Shown here: piece after piece, positions 1-11,850 of the stretch
How the letters are laid out: each line of letters starts with the position of its first letter
Position numbering within the stretch: position 1 is the first letter of the stretch
Assembly: GCF_964204645.1 (NCBI RefSeq)
Contig: NC_134026.1
Coordinates: forward strand, 16,216,150-16,280,149
Direction of reading: 5' to 3'
Origin: Tubulanus polymorphus
Lineage: Eukaryota > Animalia > Nemertea
Length of the DNA: 64,000 nt
Position numbers and translations under genes: made by a program
The notes under the pieces: model-generated
What the model was told of the DNA's origin: nothing
The model's input: only the letters and a program-made list of their open reading frames with translations
Database searches by the model: none

Positions 1-1382
1 CTACCAGATGGATCTGTAATATGAAAGAAAAAGAGGGTGTTCTGGTACCTAAAGCTAGACTGGTAGCGAGAGGGTTCGAAGAAAAAGAACTGTCTGCTGA
101 AAGAGATTCACCTACATGTTCCAGTGAGTCGCAGAAAATAGTGCTAACTATCCTTGCTAAAAAAAATGGCTGCCCAAGTCAATGGACATTAAAAGTGCTT
201 TTCTCCACGGAGACAACTTTGACAGACAAGTCTTTTTGGTACCCCCTAAAGAAGCCTGTGAAAATGGTTATCTATGGCAGTTAAAAAAATGCGTTTATGG
301 TCTCTAGTGATGCTTCTCTGTGTTGGTACAAGAAGGTAAAATCCACCTTGTCTGGTATGGGAGCAAGGATATGTCAATATGACCCAGCTGTTTTCTACTG
401 GCTTGATGAGAATGGTCTACTTACTGGCATACTATTATGTCATGTTGATGATTTTCTGTGGGGAGGTGATGAATCATTTGAAAAAACTGTTATCTGCAAG
501 ATTCGAGAGAAATTTATCGTTGGAAGGGAAGATGTACAGGCTTTCAGATATGTTGGTATGCATCTAAACATATCGCAAGATGTCACGACTCTCGATCAGG
601 ATTTCTATAAGCAAAATTTAGAATTCGTAAAAATTAGTAGTGTCCGGGCACAAAACCAAAGTGATTGTCTTACTGAAAATGAGAAGACAGCGATGAGAAA
701 AAAAGTAGGTCAGCTTCTGTGGCTTGGCCGTCAAACAAGACCAGATTTAATATTCGATGTCTGCCAGCTTGCATCCTCAATAAAGAAAGGAAAAGTTGGA
801 TTTATTTTGGCGTTGAATAAAGTGATTAAAAGAGCTAAAGCTGAAAATGTCAGTATACAATTTCAGTATCTGAAGAATCCTAGAATGTTGGTTTATTGTG
901 ATGCATCATTAGGGAATTTATCTGATGGCGGTACTCAAGGTGGCTATTTTATTTGTTTCGTTGGTGAGGATGGAAATATGTCACCAATATGTTGGAGCTC
1001 AAAGAAGGTCAGTAGGGTTGTGCGAAGTACCCTTGCGGGTGAGACATTAGCTTTAGCGGATGCGGTTAATGCCGCCTTACCTTTATGCTTGATGTACACT
1101 GAGCTTATGTTTGGCAGAAAGGAGTTTGGTTTAGTTGATGTGATATGCCTCACTGATAGTAAATCGCTGTGTGAAGCAGTCGTTTCCAACAAAGCAGTCA
1201 CTGAGAAACGTCTCAGAATCGATATAGCTGCTATAAAAGAAGTTATTGAAAATGGTGCGCTGAAAGAGCTGCGTTGGATCGACTCGAATAAACAACTAGC
1301 TGATTGCCTTACAAAAAAAGGTGCGTCAGCTGCGGGTCTGTTGCAGGCTTTGGAGTCTGGAACTATTCAGTGGACGCTATAA
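1..1382 (+). mobile_element. Ty1/Copia LTR retrotransposon pol C-terminus (RT + RNase H), probably GalEa-like, with two frameshifts
   Basis: Motifs KARLVARGF, then MDIKSAFLHG and LWQLKKCVYGL in a shifted frame (167-304), then HVDDF, TRPDL, YCDAS, TDSKSL and QLADCLTK. Frameshifts lie at the A8 run (159-166) and near 300-305. Confidence 0.93.
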
Positions 1383-1427
1383 ACATTGTTGATGCCATGT
1401 AAATAGATAAGCCATGACTTATCAATT

Positions 1428-1566
1428 TTTGTAATTCCTCAGTAGAAAAGTGTTCTACTCCGTTAGAAAGTTACGACTTGTAATTCTTCAGTAGAAAAGT
1501 GTTGTTCTACTCCGTTAGAAAGTTACGACTTGTAATTCTTCAGTGGAAAAGCGTTCTGCTCCGTTA
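1428..1566 (+). repeat. About 3 tandem copies of a ~50-bp unit in the Copia 3' UTR
   Basis: ttgtaattcttcagtagaaaagtgttctactccgttagaaagttacgac occurs three times with small variants. Confidence 0.85.
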
Positions 1567-1586
1567 AAAAGAAAGATAGATGAGAT

Positions 1587-1773
1587 TGTTAGATATGTGG
1601 ACTTGGGCTTTTTGGGGTTAGAAAAATTGACGTGACAGAGATGTGATACCGAGCTCGGTTGTGCGTGTGCGTGGATGGTGTGTTTAGGAATTAGTCTTTT
1701 ACAATGCGTGTAAGAGGCCTTACTGGAAATTAAGGTGATTATCATGGGGTTCCAGCGGACTATTTTGTTCACA
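1587..1773 (+). repeat. Candidate 3' LTR of the Copia element
   Basis: A purine tract (aaaaagaaagatagatgaga, PPT-like) lies just before TGTT at 1587. The candidate end is ...ttcaca at 1773. The 5' LTR is outside the window, so this is unconfirmed. Confidence 0.5.
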
Positions 1774-1931
1774 TTTCGTGGTTTTATGCTGCAAATTGAT
1801 ATACACCTGCATTAGTTTGGATGGGAATTCGAAAAAAATTTGCTGTACATAAGGCATAACCTTAACAAGAGAAATCCCACAATAAGTTCAGCCAAAACGA
1901 GAAACTTAAATAGAAGAGTTATATATATTTG

Positions 1932-1971
1932 CGCAACGTTTCGGCTAAAGACTATTAGCCATCATCAGGCG
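1932..1971 (-). ncRNA. Second hammerhead ribozyme copy in the inverted pLTR
   Basis: Exact reverse complement of 3072-3111. Confidence 0.85.
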
Positions 1972-2038
1972 TACTGAGTACAGGAGAATATTACAAGATC
2001 AAAACAATAGAAGCAGAGTGAGTGATTAAAATATTAGA

Positions 2039-2752
2039 ACATACCTACATTATTTCTCCTTCACCGCTCATAACATTAAACTTAGTGTTGCCCAAAGCTT
2101 ATTCCTTCGCGCATTAAGGATTTGTGACCCCCTTTTCTTGGATGATGAACTAACCCAGATCAAGACCTCTCTTAATAAATTAGCTTACCCCGACGACATT
2201 TTGAATAAAGCTCTCTTGAGAGCCCGTCGTTCACATTTCAGTCACTCTCAAGGGACCCGCGCGCGTAAACAGCCTATTATTGTACCTTTTGTTCCTTTTC
2301 TGGAAAAATCTAAAACTCCCCTCCATCTCTTAAACAAACAACTCATTTTTACTTATAACAACAAACTTAGTCGTAATCTTACTCATAACTCCCCCAAAAT
2401 TGAACCCCTGAACATTGGTCTATATAAAATTCCCTGTAAAGTTTGTAACAAAATATATATCGGCGAAACCGGACGCGATTTACACAAGCGCATTCGTGAA
2501 CATAAGAATGATGTAAAGAATTTTAAGCCTGAAAGCGGTGTTGCCAATCACGTATACGAAACCAGCCACAATTTTGATTTTGAAAATGCCTCCATAATTT
2601 TCCCCTGTTCAGAAAAGATTAAACGACACATTATGGAATCGGCCCTGATTATTGAAAACTTGGAAAATTGTGTTAATTTGAATAACGGTTTCTCCCCCCA
2701 CAACATTTTGATCTCCAAATTTCTCGCTTCTCTTGTACCCCCGTTATACTAA
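2039..2752 (+). CDS. Penelope RT thumb + GIY-YIG endonuclease (5'-truncated ORF)
   Basis: Open frame from TYLHYFS...LFLRALRIC through GLYKIPCKVCNKIYIGETGR...RIREH...H...H...MESALI...NLNNG. Confidence 0.93.
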   Translation, partial: TYLHYFSFTAHNIKLSVAQSLFLRALRICDPLFLDDELTQIKTSLNKLAYPDDILNKALLRARRSHFSHSQGTRARKQPIIVPFVPFLEKSKTPLHLLNKQLIFTYNNKLSRNLTHNSPKIEPLNIGLYKIPCKVCNKIYIGETGRDLHKRIREHKNDVKNFKPESGVANHVYETSHNFDFENASIIFPCSEKIKRHIMESALIIENLENCVNLNNGFSPHNILISKFLASLVPPLY

Positions 2753-3071
2753 TTCCCTCCATTGTTTTGCCTTTATCATAGTTTGCTTGTTTCCACTCAC
2801 TCACTGATTATCGCCTTTCATGTTCCTTCTCTTTGTTTTATTTGATTACCCCTCAGCTTGTCCTCCCGTTTTAATCACGTTAGCTTGTGTCTTTGTTTAT
2901 TAATTACTTTAATCTACATTGCCCCTAGTTTGCCTTGCTTATTTTAGCATTGTTTTCTAGTTGTTATGTCATTACTTTAATCTATTCCCCTTTCAATATT
3001 TTAATCACTCACTCTGCTTCTATTGTTTTGGTCTTGTATAAATATCTTGTAATATTCTCCTGTACTCAGTA

Positions 3072-3111
3072 CGCCTGATGATGGCTAATAGTCTTTAGCC
3101 GAAACGTTGCG
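3072..3111 (+). ncRNA. Minimal type I hammerhead ribozyme in the Penelope pLTR
   Basis: Sequence cgc-CTGATGA-tggcta-atagtctt-tagcc-GAAAC-GTT-gcg. It has the core boxes, stem II ggcta/tagcc, a palindromic minimal stem III (aacgtt) and stem I cgc/gcg. Confidence 0.85.
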
Positions 3112-3316
3112 CAAATATATATAACTCTTCTATTTAAGTTTCTCGTTTTGGCTGAACTTATTGTGGGATTTCTCTTGTTATCTTCTTACACGGATATTGT
3201 GTATCTTCTCGTCTCAACAAGGCATAACCTTGTGTTAATTTTTGGGACATCCCAGATTATCTATCTTATGTTTCCATCTTGCTTGTTTGGTAATTTTACA
3301 AGTTGATACACAGCCA

Positions 3317-5196
3317 TTTTTACCTTCATGACGTTGTCATGAAGGTTATAAGATGGTAGTGAGTCGATGATGTCATTTTCGTGTCACCACTTACAACTTG
3401 TTGGTGGGAGTTCAGAGGAAGATTTGTCAAACGAACAAATACTTTAATTTTATTCATGCAGAGTGTGAAATTTCGCTTTTTTAGAATATTTCCCTAAATT
3501 ATTAGAAAATGCCTTTAAGACCGTGGGAAAGTTTTTATCGTCGAATGGGCGAATCACAGTAGCAGAGTTCACCTGTGATAAGGCGGAAATAGTTCCATAT
3601 GGAGGCAAAGCTTTTAAATGATTAGACAGTCGGAGGTGGTTTATCAACTTTTGGTTTACCTTTGTCAGCAGTATGAGGTTGGCATTGACTGAGCCAATCC
3701 ATGTAAAATCGTTTTTTTTTGTGAGCATTTTTTCATCGGTTCTCGGGTTAAACAACGTATAATCGATGCGATTGAAGACATGGAGAACATCCGTCGATGA
3801 CATGGTCAACTTTGTTTAAATTCGAAGAAAAACTGTTTTTGGCGAGAAAATTCTTAGCTCTTGCGTATAAAATTGCAATGACCTCGATTGGGGGTCGTCG
3901 TCTCTACGAGCAAATGTGATCGGCTGTTTTTGGGATATACAGGGAATTCCGGCGCTACCAAAATAATTATGGGAAAGACATTGATGGCGAACGTTTCATT
4001 GGACTAGGTGTCGTCTTTGTGCGAATTTTAAATGCTCATTGCTGGTGAGAATATAATTATTTCACATATCGCCATAGGTATTGTTTCATTTTAATACCCG
4101 GTGATTGTGTTGACTGAGATTGAAGTGAAGCGAAAGTTCACTACACAAGCCCTCCACGTGCGAGGGAGTGCTAACATTAGACTGTTGCACACACAAACAC
4201 ACTATCATGCATCATATATGGCGATGCTGTAACGCTTCTTGGTGCGTGCACGTTTGGTATGATAACAGGCTGAATAATCGTCGTAGCAGTCGACACCCTC
4301 TATGTGACATCATATGAATTTTATTTGAATGTTTTCATATTGTGAAAAATATTTTTTTGAAAATATAAAAAAGTTTCCCTGTTGCGCCTACCTGTACCTT
4401 ACAAAATTTTGGACGTAGACCATAAACAAATGTTTATCTTTGGTCTTATTTGACTACAAAATGATTCTTTAAGAAAGATAAAATACAATATTAACTTGTA
4501 GAACTTTCAAGTCACGAATTAAAAAGATTTTTCAAGCAATGCCTCTTACTCCAAACAACCTCTAGCTTTCAAGGTAAACCACACTTTGCCCATGGGCAAT
4601 TTATTTCAACCATACTGCTGCTATTTTCCCAATCAAATTGCTAGATTTCGATCGTTTCTCTAATTCGCCTGTAATTTGCAATGAATCATTTTAAAAATTA
4701 GCTTGAAGATTGGGTCCACCCATGATGTCCACCCCTATTGTAAAAAAATGTCATTGGTGATCAAATATGGCTGCCATTGGGGTGGCCATCTTGAATTTCT
4801 TGTTTGCACGATGCAGCCCACAATTCTTGATGCATTTTCATGATACTAGGTGTAAGAATTTTGGTAGGTGAAATGTCTACCCTTATTGAAAATTGAGTTC
4901 TAGTATGGCCACCAGGGTTGCCATCCATCTTGGATTTCTTATCAGCACGATGCCTACACCAATTCTTAATGCATTTTTTCATGTAGTGTGATCTTTTGGG
5001 TAGCTAAAATGGGCTTGTCTTTTCATGTAAGGATATATTAACAGATAATGAACATTATCGCCACATAGCCTATACCATCTTAACTATTTTAAAACTTGTT
5101 ACATCGTTACAATGTCAATCTCTCTGTAAAACTTTGAATACTGAATCATTATTCTTCTACTGCGTCATGAAGGTAGTGGCCCGTGGGCCTCTTGTT
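3317..5196 (+). mobile_element. HINE/Helentron-associated non-autonomous element with nested insert
   Basis: The 5' end is ttttTACCTTCATGACG followed by its inverted copy gtcatgaaggtta. The 3' end is CGTCATGAAGGTA, then the hairpin ggccc-gt-gggcc, then cttgtt. Confidence 0.75.
3891..4606 (+). repeat. Interspersed repeat, copy 1 (shared with 19896-20835)
   Basis: High similarity to 19896-20835 by eye. Both copies end in the palindrome ttgcccatgggcaa followed by tttattt. Confidence 0.85.
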
Positions 5197-5381
5197 AGGT
5201 GAAGTCACCTACATGTTAAGTATTTGTCCCAACCACGTAGTTTTGGATATGTACCGAATCCTATGTCAAGTATAAGTAGACTGCAAATTTGCTGTCATAG
5301 ATGTTTCTTGGCTCGATATTTAAATCTAATTTTTCTAGATATTTAAGTTTGAAATCATTCACATTTTGTATTATCTATCAG

Positions 5382-5438
5382 GCTGAAATTGAGTATATTG
5401 CTGAGGAAGATTTTGATGCAAGTGATCTTGAATTAGAG
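5382..5438 (+). CDS. MAK16: MAK16 penultimate coding exon
   Basis: cag| AEIEYIAEEDFDASDLELE |gtaag. The exon is 57 bp, phase 0/0, and acidic like the MAK16 tail. Confidence 0.8.
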
Positions 5439-6189
5439 GTAAGACATTTCCAAAAATATTTCATTATTTGATACACTTCTACACTGTAGTGGCAGCTATT
5501 TGCTATCGGAAAAAAGATGTGACTTAAGCTAAGCTCAGGTCCACTTATGATCCGATCATCTCGTCGGGATGAGAGTCTGCAATTTTTTTCATGGGAGATT
5601 GTTTCGATATGAGTTTACTTACTCGATATGACCACGACGAATTGATCACAGATCGATCGTAAGCTGAATCGCAAGGATTCAGCGAATTCTATTTTTACGA
5701 CCCGATCAGATAGTTGCAGCCAATCAGCAATGACAATCACATGACTTTGAGACTCGGTGATTATCGAGTTGTAGGTACAGCCTAACCCTAACCTTACTCT
5801 ATTGTAATGCAAAAAATTTTTCCCAACTCTTGACCTTATGTGTCTGTGGTTAAAAGCTGGTATTTACGTAGTCCTTGCTACCTGGATATGGGAGTGATAA
5901 TCCGACAATTGTTACCGTGGTTCATTATATTGGTGAACATGAGAATAATAAAAATCGTTGTGTATGATGCAGTTGTTGACTGTAATGCTAAGAAGGATTT
6001 GATATGCGATCAGGATGGCACGTTCGGGTATGGCAAAATCCTATTTGTAGCTCATATTCCGTAGTTCCGCAAAGTGAGGACCCTCTGGCAATCGTCATGA
6101 AGTCCAGAAAGGGTGCATTTCTGAGAAAACAGGCATCATTATTCATATTTTCAATGATTGTTTGAGTTTGATTATCTGTCTTATTGTAG

Positions 6190-6381
6190 GAAACCGTGAA
6201 ACTAGCTGGTGAAGAATCCTCATCGGATGAAAGTTCTGAGTCCGGTGAAGAGGTCTGGACTAAAAGAAAAAGTGGAAGCAAAAAGTCACAAAAGTCACTG
6301 TTGGGTAGAGGAAAACGAGCTCGAGTCGAGATAGAATATGAAGAGGAAGCAGACAGACCGGCTAAATTAAAAGCTACTTGA
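6190..6381 (+). CDS. MAK16: MAK16 last coding exon (60S ribosome biogenesis protein)
   Basis: tag| ETVKLAGEESSSDE...KRARVEIEYEEEADRPAKLKAT*. This matches the recalled MAK16 C-terminal motif KRxxVEIEYE. AATAAA is at 6388-6393. Confidence 0.88.
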   Translation, partial: ETVKLAGEESSSDESSESGEEVWTKRKSGSKKSQKSLLGRGKRARVEIEYEEEADRPAKLKAT

Positions 6382-7227
6382 TAATATAATAAATTCCTTT
6401 TTTTGATTTATATCATTCAGTCTTTTTAACTATACCCAGTTTTACTTGATATTTAAGGACTTCACATTGAGGCTTAAGCTCGTTCTGGGTGGCATTTCGG
6501 ACTACAATGCAAAAACTTTTTCTGTTTAAAATATTTAAAAACTGCGGCAGCAGGGTTGATTGTATGCATATTTTTTTGAACGTGGATATGTCTCATTCCC
6601 TGGCCGTGTATGATAAATCAACAGTTATAATTGTAGAAATGAAATGCTGCCAGCCGGGCCTAGGGTTAATACCTTCTTTTTGTGATGAAAATAAAAATCG
6701 ACCGGATAGGTCAATTTGAAAAATATTGTAACGATTTTATTTGTTTAAAATCGAGTGTTGTATTGCGTGAGGTCAGGACTGAAACCTACTATGCACTGGC
6801 ATGCAAGTTTTTTTATCTTAAAATAGGGATTATTATTATTTGTTTATTTGGTTGGTAAATTTCGTTTGATTTTTTGATCAAGTCAAAATCTTTTAATCAA
6901 GTTTTGATCGAGTCAGTGCCCCTTACAGACCAACCACACCTGCCGGGAACGAAACAGGGGGTCTGATTTTGTCCATTTTTATATTTTTTGGTCGTTTTCT
7001 ACGTATGAATAGTCCGACTGTAGTTTTTTCTCTGGTAGAGTTGATGTAGAAGTCCTCTAAGTTGATTGTCCCACGTGTTGACCAGATAGAAAGGAAGCAC
7101 ATTTCGAAACACAAATTTTTCAGATGAGAGAATGGTCCTAGGGTATCCAAAGTGTAGATGTATGACATTGACGGTGCAGCCCCGATGAGGAGGGGTTTCT
7201 CCGTCAAGGGGTGCGTAGCACGCATGC

Positions 7228-7283
7228 ATACGTACGTACGTACGTTCGTACATACATACATACATACATACATACATACATAC
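7228..7283 (+). repeat. (TACG)n/(TACA)n microsatellite
   Basis: Visible directly in the sequence. Confidence 0.95.
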
Positions 7284-7429
7284 AGATAATTAACAAATGA
7301 TAAACGTACATAGACGCCAATAAACACACACATAAAAAATACATACCGAATTCCCAATACATCAACATATACAAAAATGGCATAAAGGTATTTGGAAGCA
7401 GTTTTGATAAATTTTGAAAGTTGTTTGAG

Positions 7430-8405
7430 TTGTTTACCTTTAGTTTTCATTAGTTGGGTAAATTTGTGCACACTTGGCCTAGTCCTGAAAAATGGTTTTA
7501 AGAATTTAGTGCGGATGTTTTGGAAAAAAAGGCATTTAATGACATGGTGGAATTAGTCCCCGACATTTCAGTGTCGCAGAGACTAAAAAGTGTTTCCTAG
7601 GGTTTCGATTGTATCTTCCAGTTTCTATTGGTAGTTTATGATTTGAGCGCCGAAAACGGCAAAAATTATTCTTAAGTCCGATGGCAGTGTGTGAGATATT
7701 CTTCAAAGCCCCATTAACTTTTGAAATGTTAATAGTATAAAGCTGTGTTAGAGTTGTTTAGGGCCCCAAAGTTGTACTGATCTCTTGAGCGATTATTTAC
7801 GATGGTAGCAAAAATATTTGGGTCTAGGTTATTCTGTGTATACCATATTTAACCCAATCCATTGGTTTCTAGCACATTTCTTATGAAATCAAGCCATTTA
7901 CTAGTGTTTATGATAAATACGATGGTAATCTGTTAGTGTTTAATAGGTTTCTCCAAAAATTAAGCATTCTACTTTTAATAGTAATGGAAAGAGGGAATCG
8001 TCCTAGTTCACCATAAATAAAAAAGCTTGGTGTTGATCTTTTTAATTTGAGTAGGTACTTGAAAAGAGTTAATTCTACTCTCTCTAGTCGGTTCAGATTT
8101 AGAAAAACCCAAATTTCACAGCCAAAAGTTAGAACGGGAACCACCATAGAGTTGAAGAGTTGAAGTCAAAGAGTTGAAGTGCTAGATCTATTCCTAGTGA
8201 ACATTCCTGAACCTTTGTCAATACGGTACGAAAAAACATGGCTTTTTTGCATGCGTTTCTAGTGAATCAATTAAATGATAAACTACCATTATAACGAAAA
8301 AAGATACCTAGGTATTTAAAACAATCCACCAGTTCTATTTTGTTACCGTCCAAGTAAAACTCTAGGGGGTTAAGACGCTTTCTCTTCTGAAAGATGATTA
8401 CTTAA
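7430..8405 (-). pseudogene. Decayed LINE ORF2 C-terminal region
   Basis: Motifs FKYLGI, VVPVLTFGCEIW, YGELGRFPL and HKLPIETGRY, with many disruptions. Confidence 0.85.
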
Positions 8406-9610
8406 GTTATGTCAACGGTCTGGCCGATCGATAATCATTCGTATGCTTAATACACTACGCTCAAAGCTATTTTTAGCACACGCAATTTCAGTGGCCTGTA
8501 ATTTCACTACTATTGGGCGAATTGGACGGATTAAGCAAAAATATATTTCTTAATTTGTTTTTCTTTATTGTGCGAAAAGTTGAATGCCGTGGGTTTCATA
8601 TTTTTTTAGAAATTGACCAAAAAGTGTCAAAAATTCGATTTATTTGAGCACTTATTTATGCAGCATCTTTAACTGTCCAAAATAACACATGTAAAAATTC
8701 AATGCTATTTGCGTCGGAAGAACTTTATCTCGTGAAGATCCGACGCTTTGTTCGGTAGTTATGGGGCTTTGAAAGACGAAACCCCCCAAAATATCGGCTA
8801 TATATGATTTGTGTTGACCCGGTTTGAACTCCATCATGACGTCAAAACATTCGTTGAATATGTAAATGAGGTGGATCAGTAAGTGATATTTCGCTTAGCA
8901 AAATGGCGGCCCAATTGAAGAGGTCCATATTCATCATTTCTAGCGCGAATACTGATACTCAAGGCGTATGATATAATGACTTATTGTGTGCGATGACGAA
9001 ATTCTGTTTCAAATTGCAGAAATTTACTACCGTGTTCGCCACACGGATTCACTGGATCAGCTGATAGCATCGAATTTTTTAAGTTGAGTCTGATATTTAC
9101 ACGACTGGAATAATTGTTTTATCATCATTAATTGAAGTCATTTGACGGTCGCATTAACGATCCGTTTTGGAGCCTGATTATTTGTATTAGTTTGTAAATC
9201 GCGGCACAGTGATGAGCGTTCGCGTTGAAAACAGTCGTGTACAGTCGCATAGGCAATATAGCCTTATACTCTCGTGTTCACTGCGTGTATTTATCAGTCG
9301 TCGGTAACGCGCGCCACAGTGTAGGACGCACGTAACAACGATTTGTCTTGAGTGAAGATGTAGGCATGCATGCCTACAAAAAGCAATCCTATGGTGAAAT
9401 TATTAAAAACCATGTCAGTTGATTTCGCCAGCAGCCGGCACTGGCCTCAAATTTGCATAAACTTGGTCACTCGTAGTTTTAGTTGTTTTATATGTCATTC
9501 CAGGGATGTATTAATTTTTAATGAACATTAATCTTTTGAGACAAACATTCCCATAATCAACTTCTCGAAGATTTCATTCTCGTTTAAAGTCAGTGGCCAA
9601 AATTAAGTCC

Positions 9611-10542
9611 TTTTTATGCCCCAACAACGCGTTGTGGTGGGTATATTCTAATCACTTCGTCGTTCGTCCGTCTGTCCGTCCGTCCGTTCGTCTGTCTGTC
9701 TGTCCGCAGTGGTTTCCGTGCCCTAGCAGCTAAACCCTTCGACAGATTTTCTTCAAATTCTCGAGTTGTGTTGTACTACATGAGGTCAGTAACTAATTAG
9801 ATCTTGGGTCCTGTACATCTATGGTCAAGGTCGCAGGAAACCATTTTTTGAATTTCATTACCGGGCTCTAACTCATAAACGGTTTAAGATAACTGACTGA
9901 AATTCTATGGATGGGTTGTCCTAGGGACCGTGGGTAACTGATTAGATTTTGGGTCCTGTAAGGGTAAGGTCAAGGTCGCAGGAAGCCATTTTGTGAATTT
10001 CATTTCTGGGCTCTAACTCATAAACGGTTTAAGATAACTTACTGAAATTCTATGGATGCGTTATCCTAGGGACCGTGGGTAACTGATTAGATTTCAGGTC
10101 GTGTTGGTCAAAGGTCAAGGTTACTAGAAGTTGTTACGTATTTTTCATTTCCGGGCTCTATCTTATAGATGGTTTAAGATGATTTGGTGACACTTTTTGG
10201 GTGGGTTATCCTAAAGACCATGAGTAACTGATTACATTTCGGGTCCTCTAGGTCAAAGGTCAAGGTCACAAGGAGCTGTTTTGTATTTTTCATTTCCGGG
10301 CTCTTAATTCAAAAACGATATAAGATAACTTTGTGAAATTTAATGGATGGGTTACCCTAGAGACCGTGAGTGACTGATTAGATTTCGAGTCATGTAGGTC
10401 AAAGGTCAAGGAAACCGGAAGCCGTTTTGTATTATTCATTTCCTGCCTTCAGAAATAGGTCGACATACACTCGGGGTGTATTTTACACTCGGGCGTTTCA
10501 CCTGATGTGGGGGCATCAGTCGTCTTTAGCGACATTCTAGTT
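9611..10542 (+). mobile_element. HINE-like element with a ~145-bp internal tandem array (~5 units)
   Basis: Starts tttttatgcccca with an inverted repeat and a (gtcc/gtct)n microsatellite. Unit anchors (aactgattag) are at ~9791, 9936, 10081, 10226 and 10372. The 3' end is ggggcat, a gtcg...cgac hairpin, then ctagtt. Confidence 0.85.
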
Positions 10543-10669
10543 GATATATTTTTTCTTTTTTAATTTTCAATGATATTGAATTTTTGCGTGCTAGTAGGTC
10601 TAGCCTATACATGACAAATTTTTTTACGTCACACCAGTTTAGCGAGCCACTGGACCATTGGTCCTTTAT

Positions 10670-11850
10670 TTCCAAATTGATATCCAGTCTCCATAGGTGA
10701 CAGTAGTCAAATAGCACATCTATTTCATATTGTAAATCCCCGGACTTTCTGCTAGGGGCACAGCATCATCGGCATAGAATAAAACAAAAAGTTTAAACCA
10801 GAAGTCTAAGTTGTCTTGGTCATGAAAGAGATGAATGCCATCACATCGATTTTTCAATAAGTATAATTCCATAAATAGATTAAGAAAAGGATTGGGGAAA
10901 GGTTTACACCTTGCCGCAATCCTTTAAAACTCTGAAAATAATCTGGCCGTATTCCATCTACACGGATACACGACTTGGCGTTTTGATAGATATTAGTAAT
11001 TACCAGAAGGATCTTCCCTGTTACACCAGTACTTATAATTTTGTGTCATAACGCTTTTCCTCCAAATCGAATCAAAAACTTCACGATAGTCGATAAAGAC
11101 ACGATAGAGCCTTTTATTACTAGCCAAGAATAGATCAATTATTGACTTCAATGAGAAGATATGATCAAGCACCGAGTGCCCCTTTCTGAATCCGGCTTGG
11201 TTCTTTAGCAAAAGATCGTTCAATTCTAAGTAGCTTTCCTAGGCAGCTAAGTAGGGTAATCCCTCTATAGTTGTCACGGTTTGTAACGTCACCTTTCTGT
11301 GTATAAATGGGGGTAATCGGTACCAATACTCCAAGTCTCAGGGATATCCCAAGTATCTAGGATGTTAATAAGAATAAAAGGACCAATGTAGGCAAAATGA
11401 AAGCCTTAAGAATTTCGTTTGTAATTTGATCTATTCCTGGCGCCTTACTGACTTCGTCTTCTGTGAAGTAAACATTAAGTACTAACAGTATTAGTATTAA
11501 CATCGTCACCGTCTAGAGTGAAATCACTAACGTTAAACAAAGCATCAGGAAGATTTCCCCGTCTTCAGGATTTTTGTGAGGATCAACGTTGAAGCTAAAG
11601 ATATCTTCTAGTGAGGCACTGCATGTGGATGGTTTGTATCTGACCTTTCATTTGTCTCAGTATGTTATTGGTATTTCGTACTTTTTTCTTGTCAGTTCTA
11701 ATGTCTTTCATATATTTTCTACAGGCCCTATTCATTTTTTGTACTTTGTTATTGCAGGTTCTCGAACCTTTTTACCTACGTTTCACGAGACGGTAATTTC
11801 TCCTAGACTGGTTGGTTTGGGTTTTTTGACGCCTTATAAAATGTTACCAT
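10670..11850 (-). pseudogene. Decayed LINE RT, likely the upstream part of the 7430-8405 LINE
   Basis: Motifs NQAGFRKGHSVLDHIFSL, FIDY..FDSIWR, GLRQG and YADD (~10765-10776). Confidence 0.85.

Larger units (their letters stand above)
1864..3218 (+). mobile_element. 5'-truncated Penelope-like retroelement with inverted pseudo-LTR and 13-bp TSD
   Basis: TSD aaggcataacctt at 1851-1863 and 3219-3231. Segment 1863-2035 is the reverse complement of ~2996-3180. A GIY-YIG ORF lies inside. Confidence 0.92.

Noticed and set aside
3450-3809. 119-aa minus-strand ORF
   Set aside because: It lies inside nested non-autonomous repeats and has no recognisable motif.
9780-10450. Regularly spaced repeats resembling a CRISPR array (also 29540-30420)
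   Set aside because: They are contiguous ~145-bp tandem units with no unique spacers and no cas genes, in a eukaryotic context.
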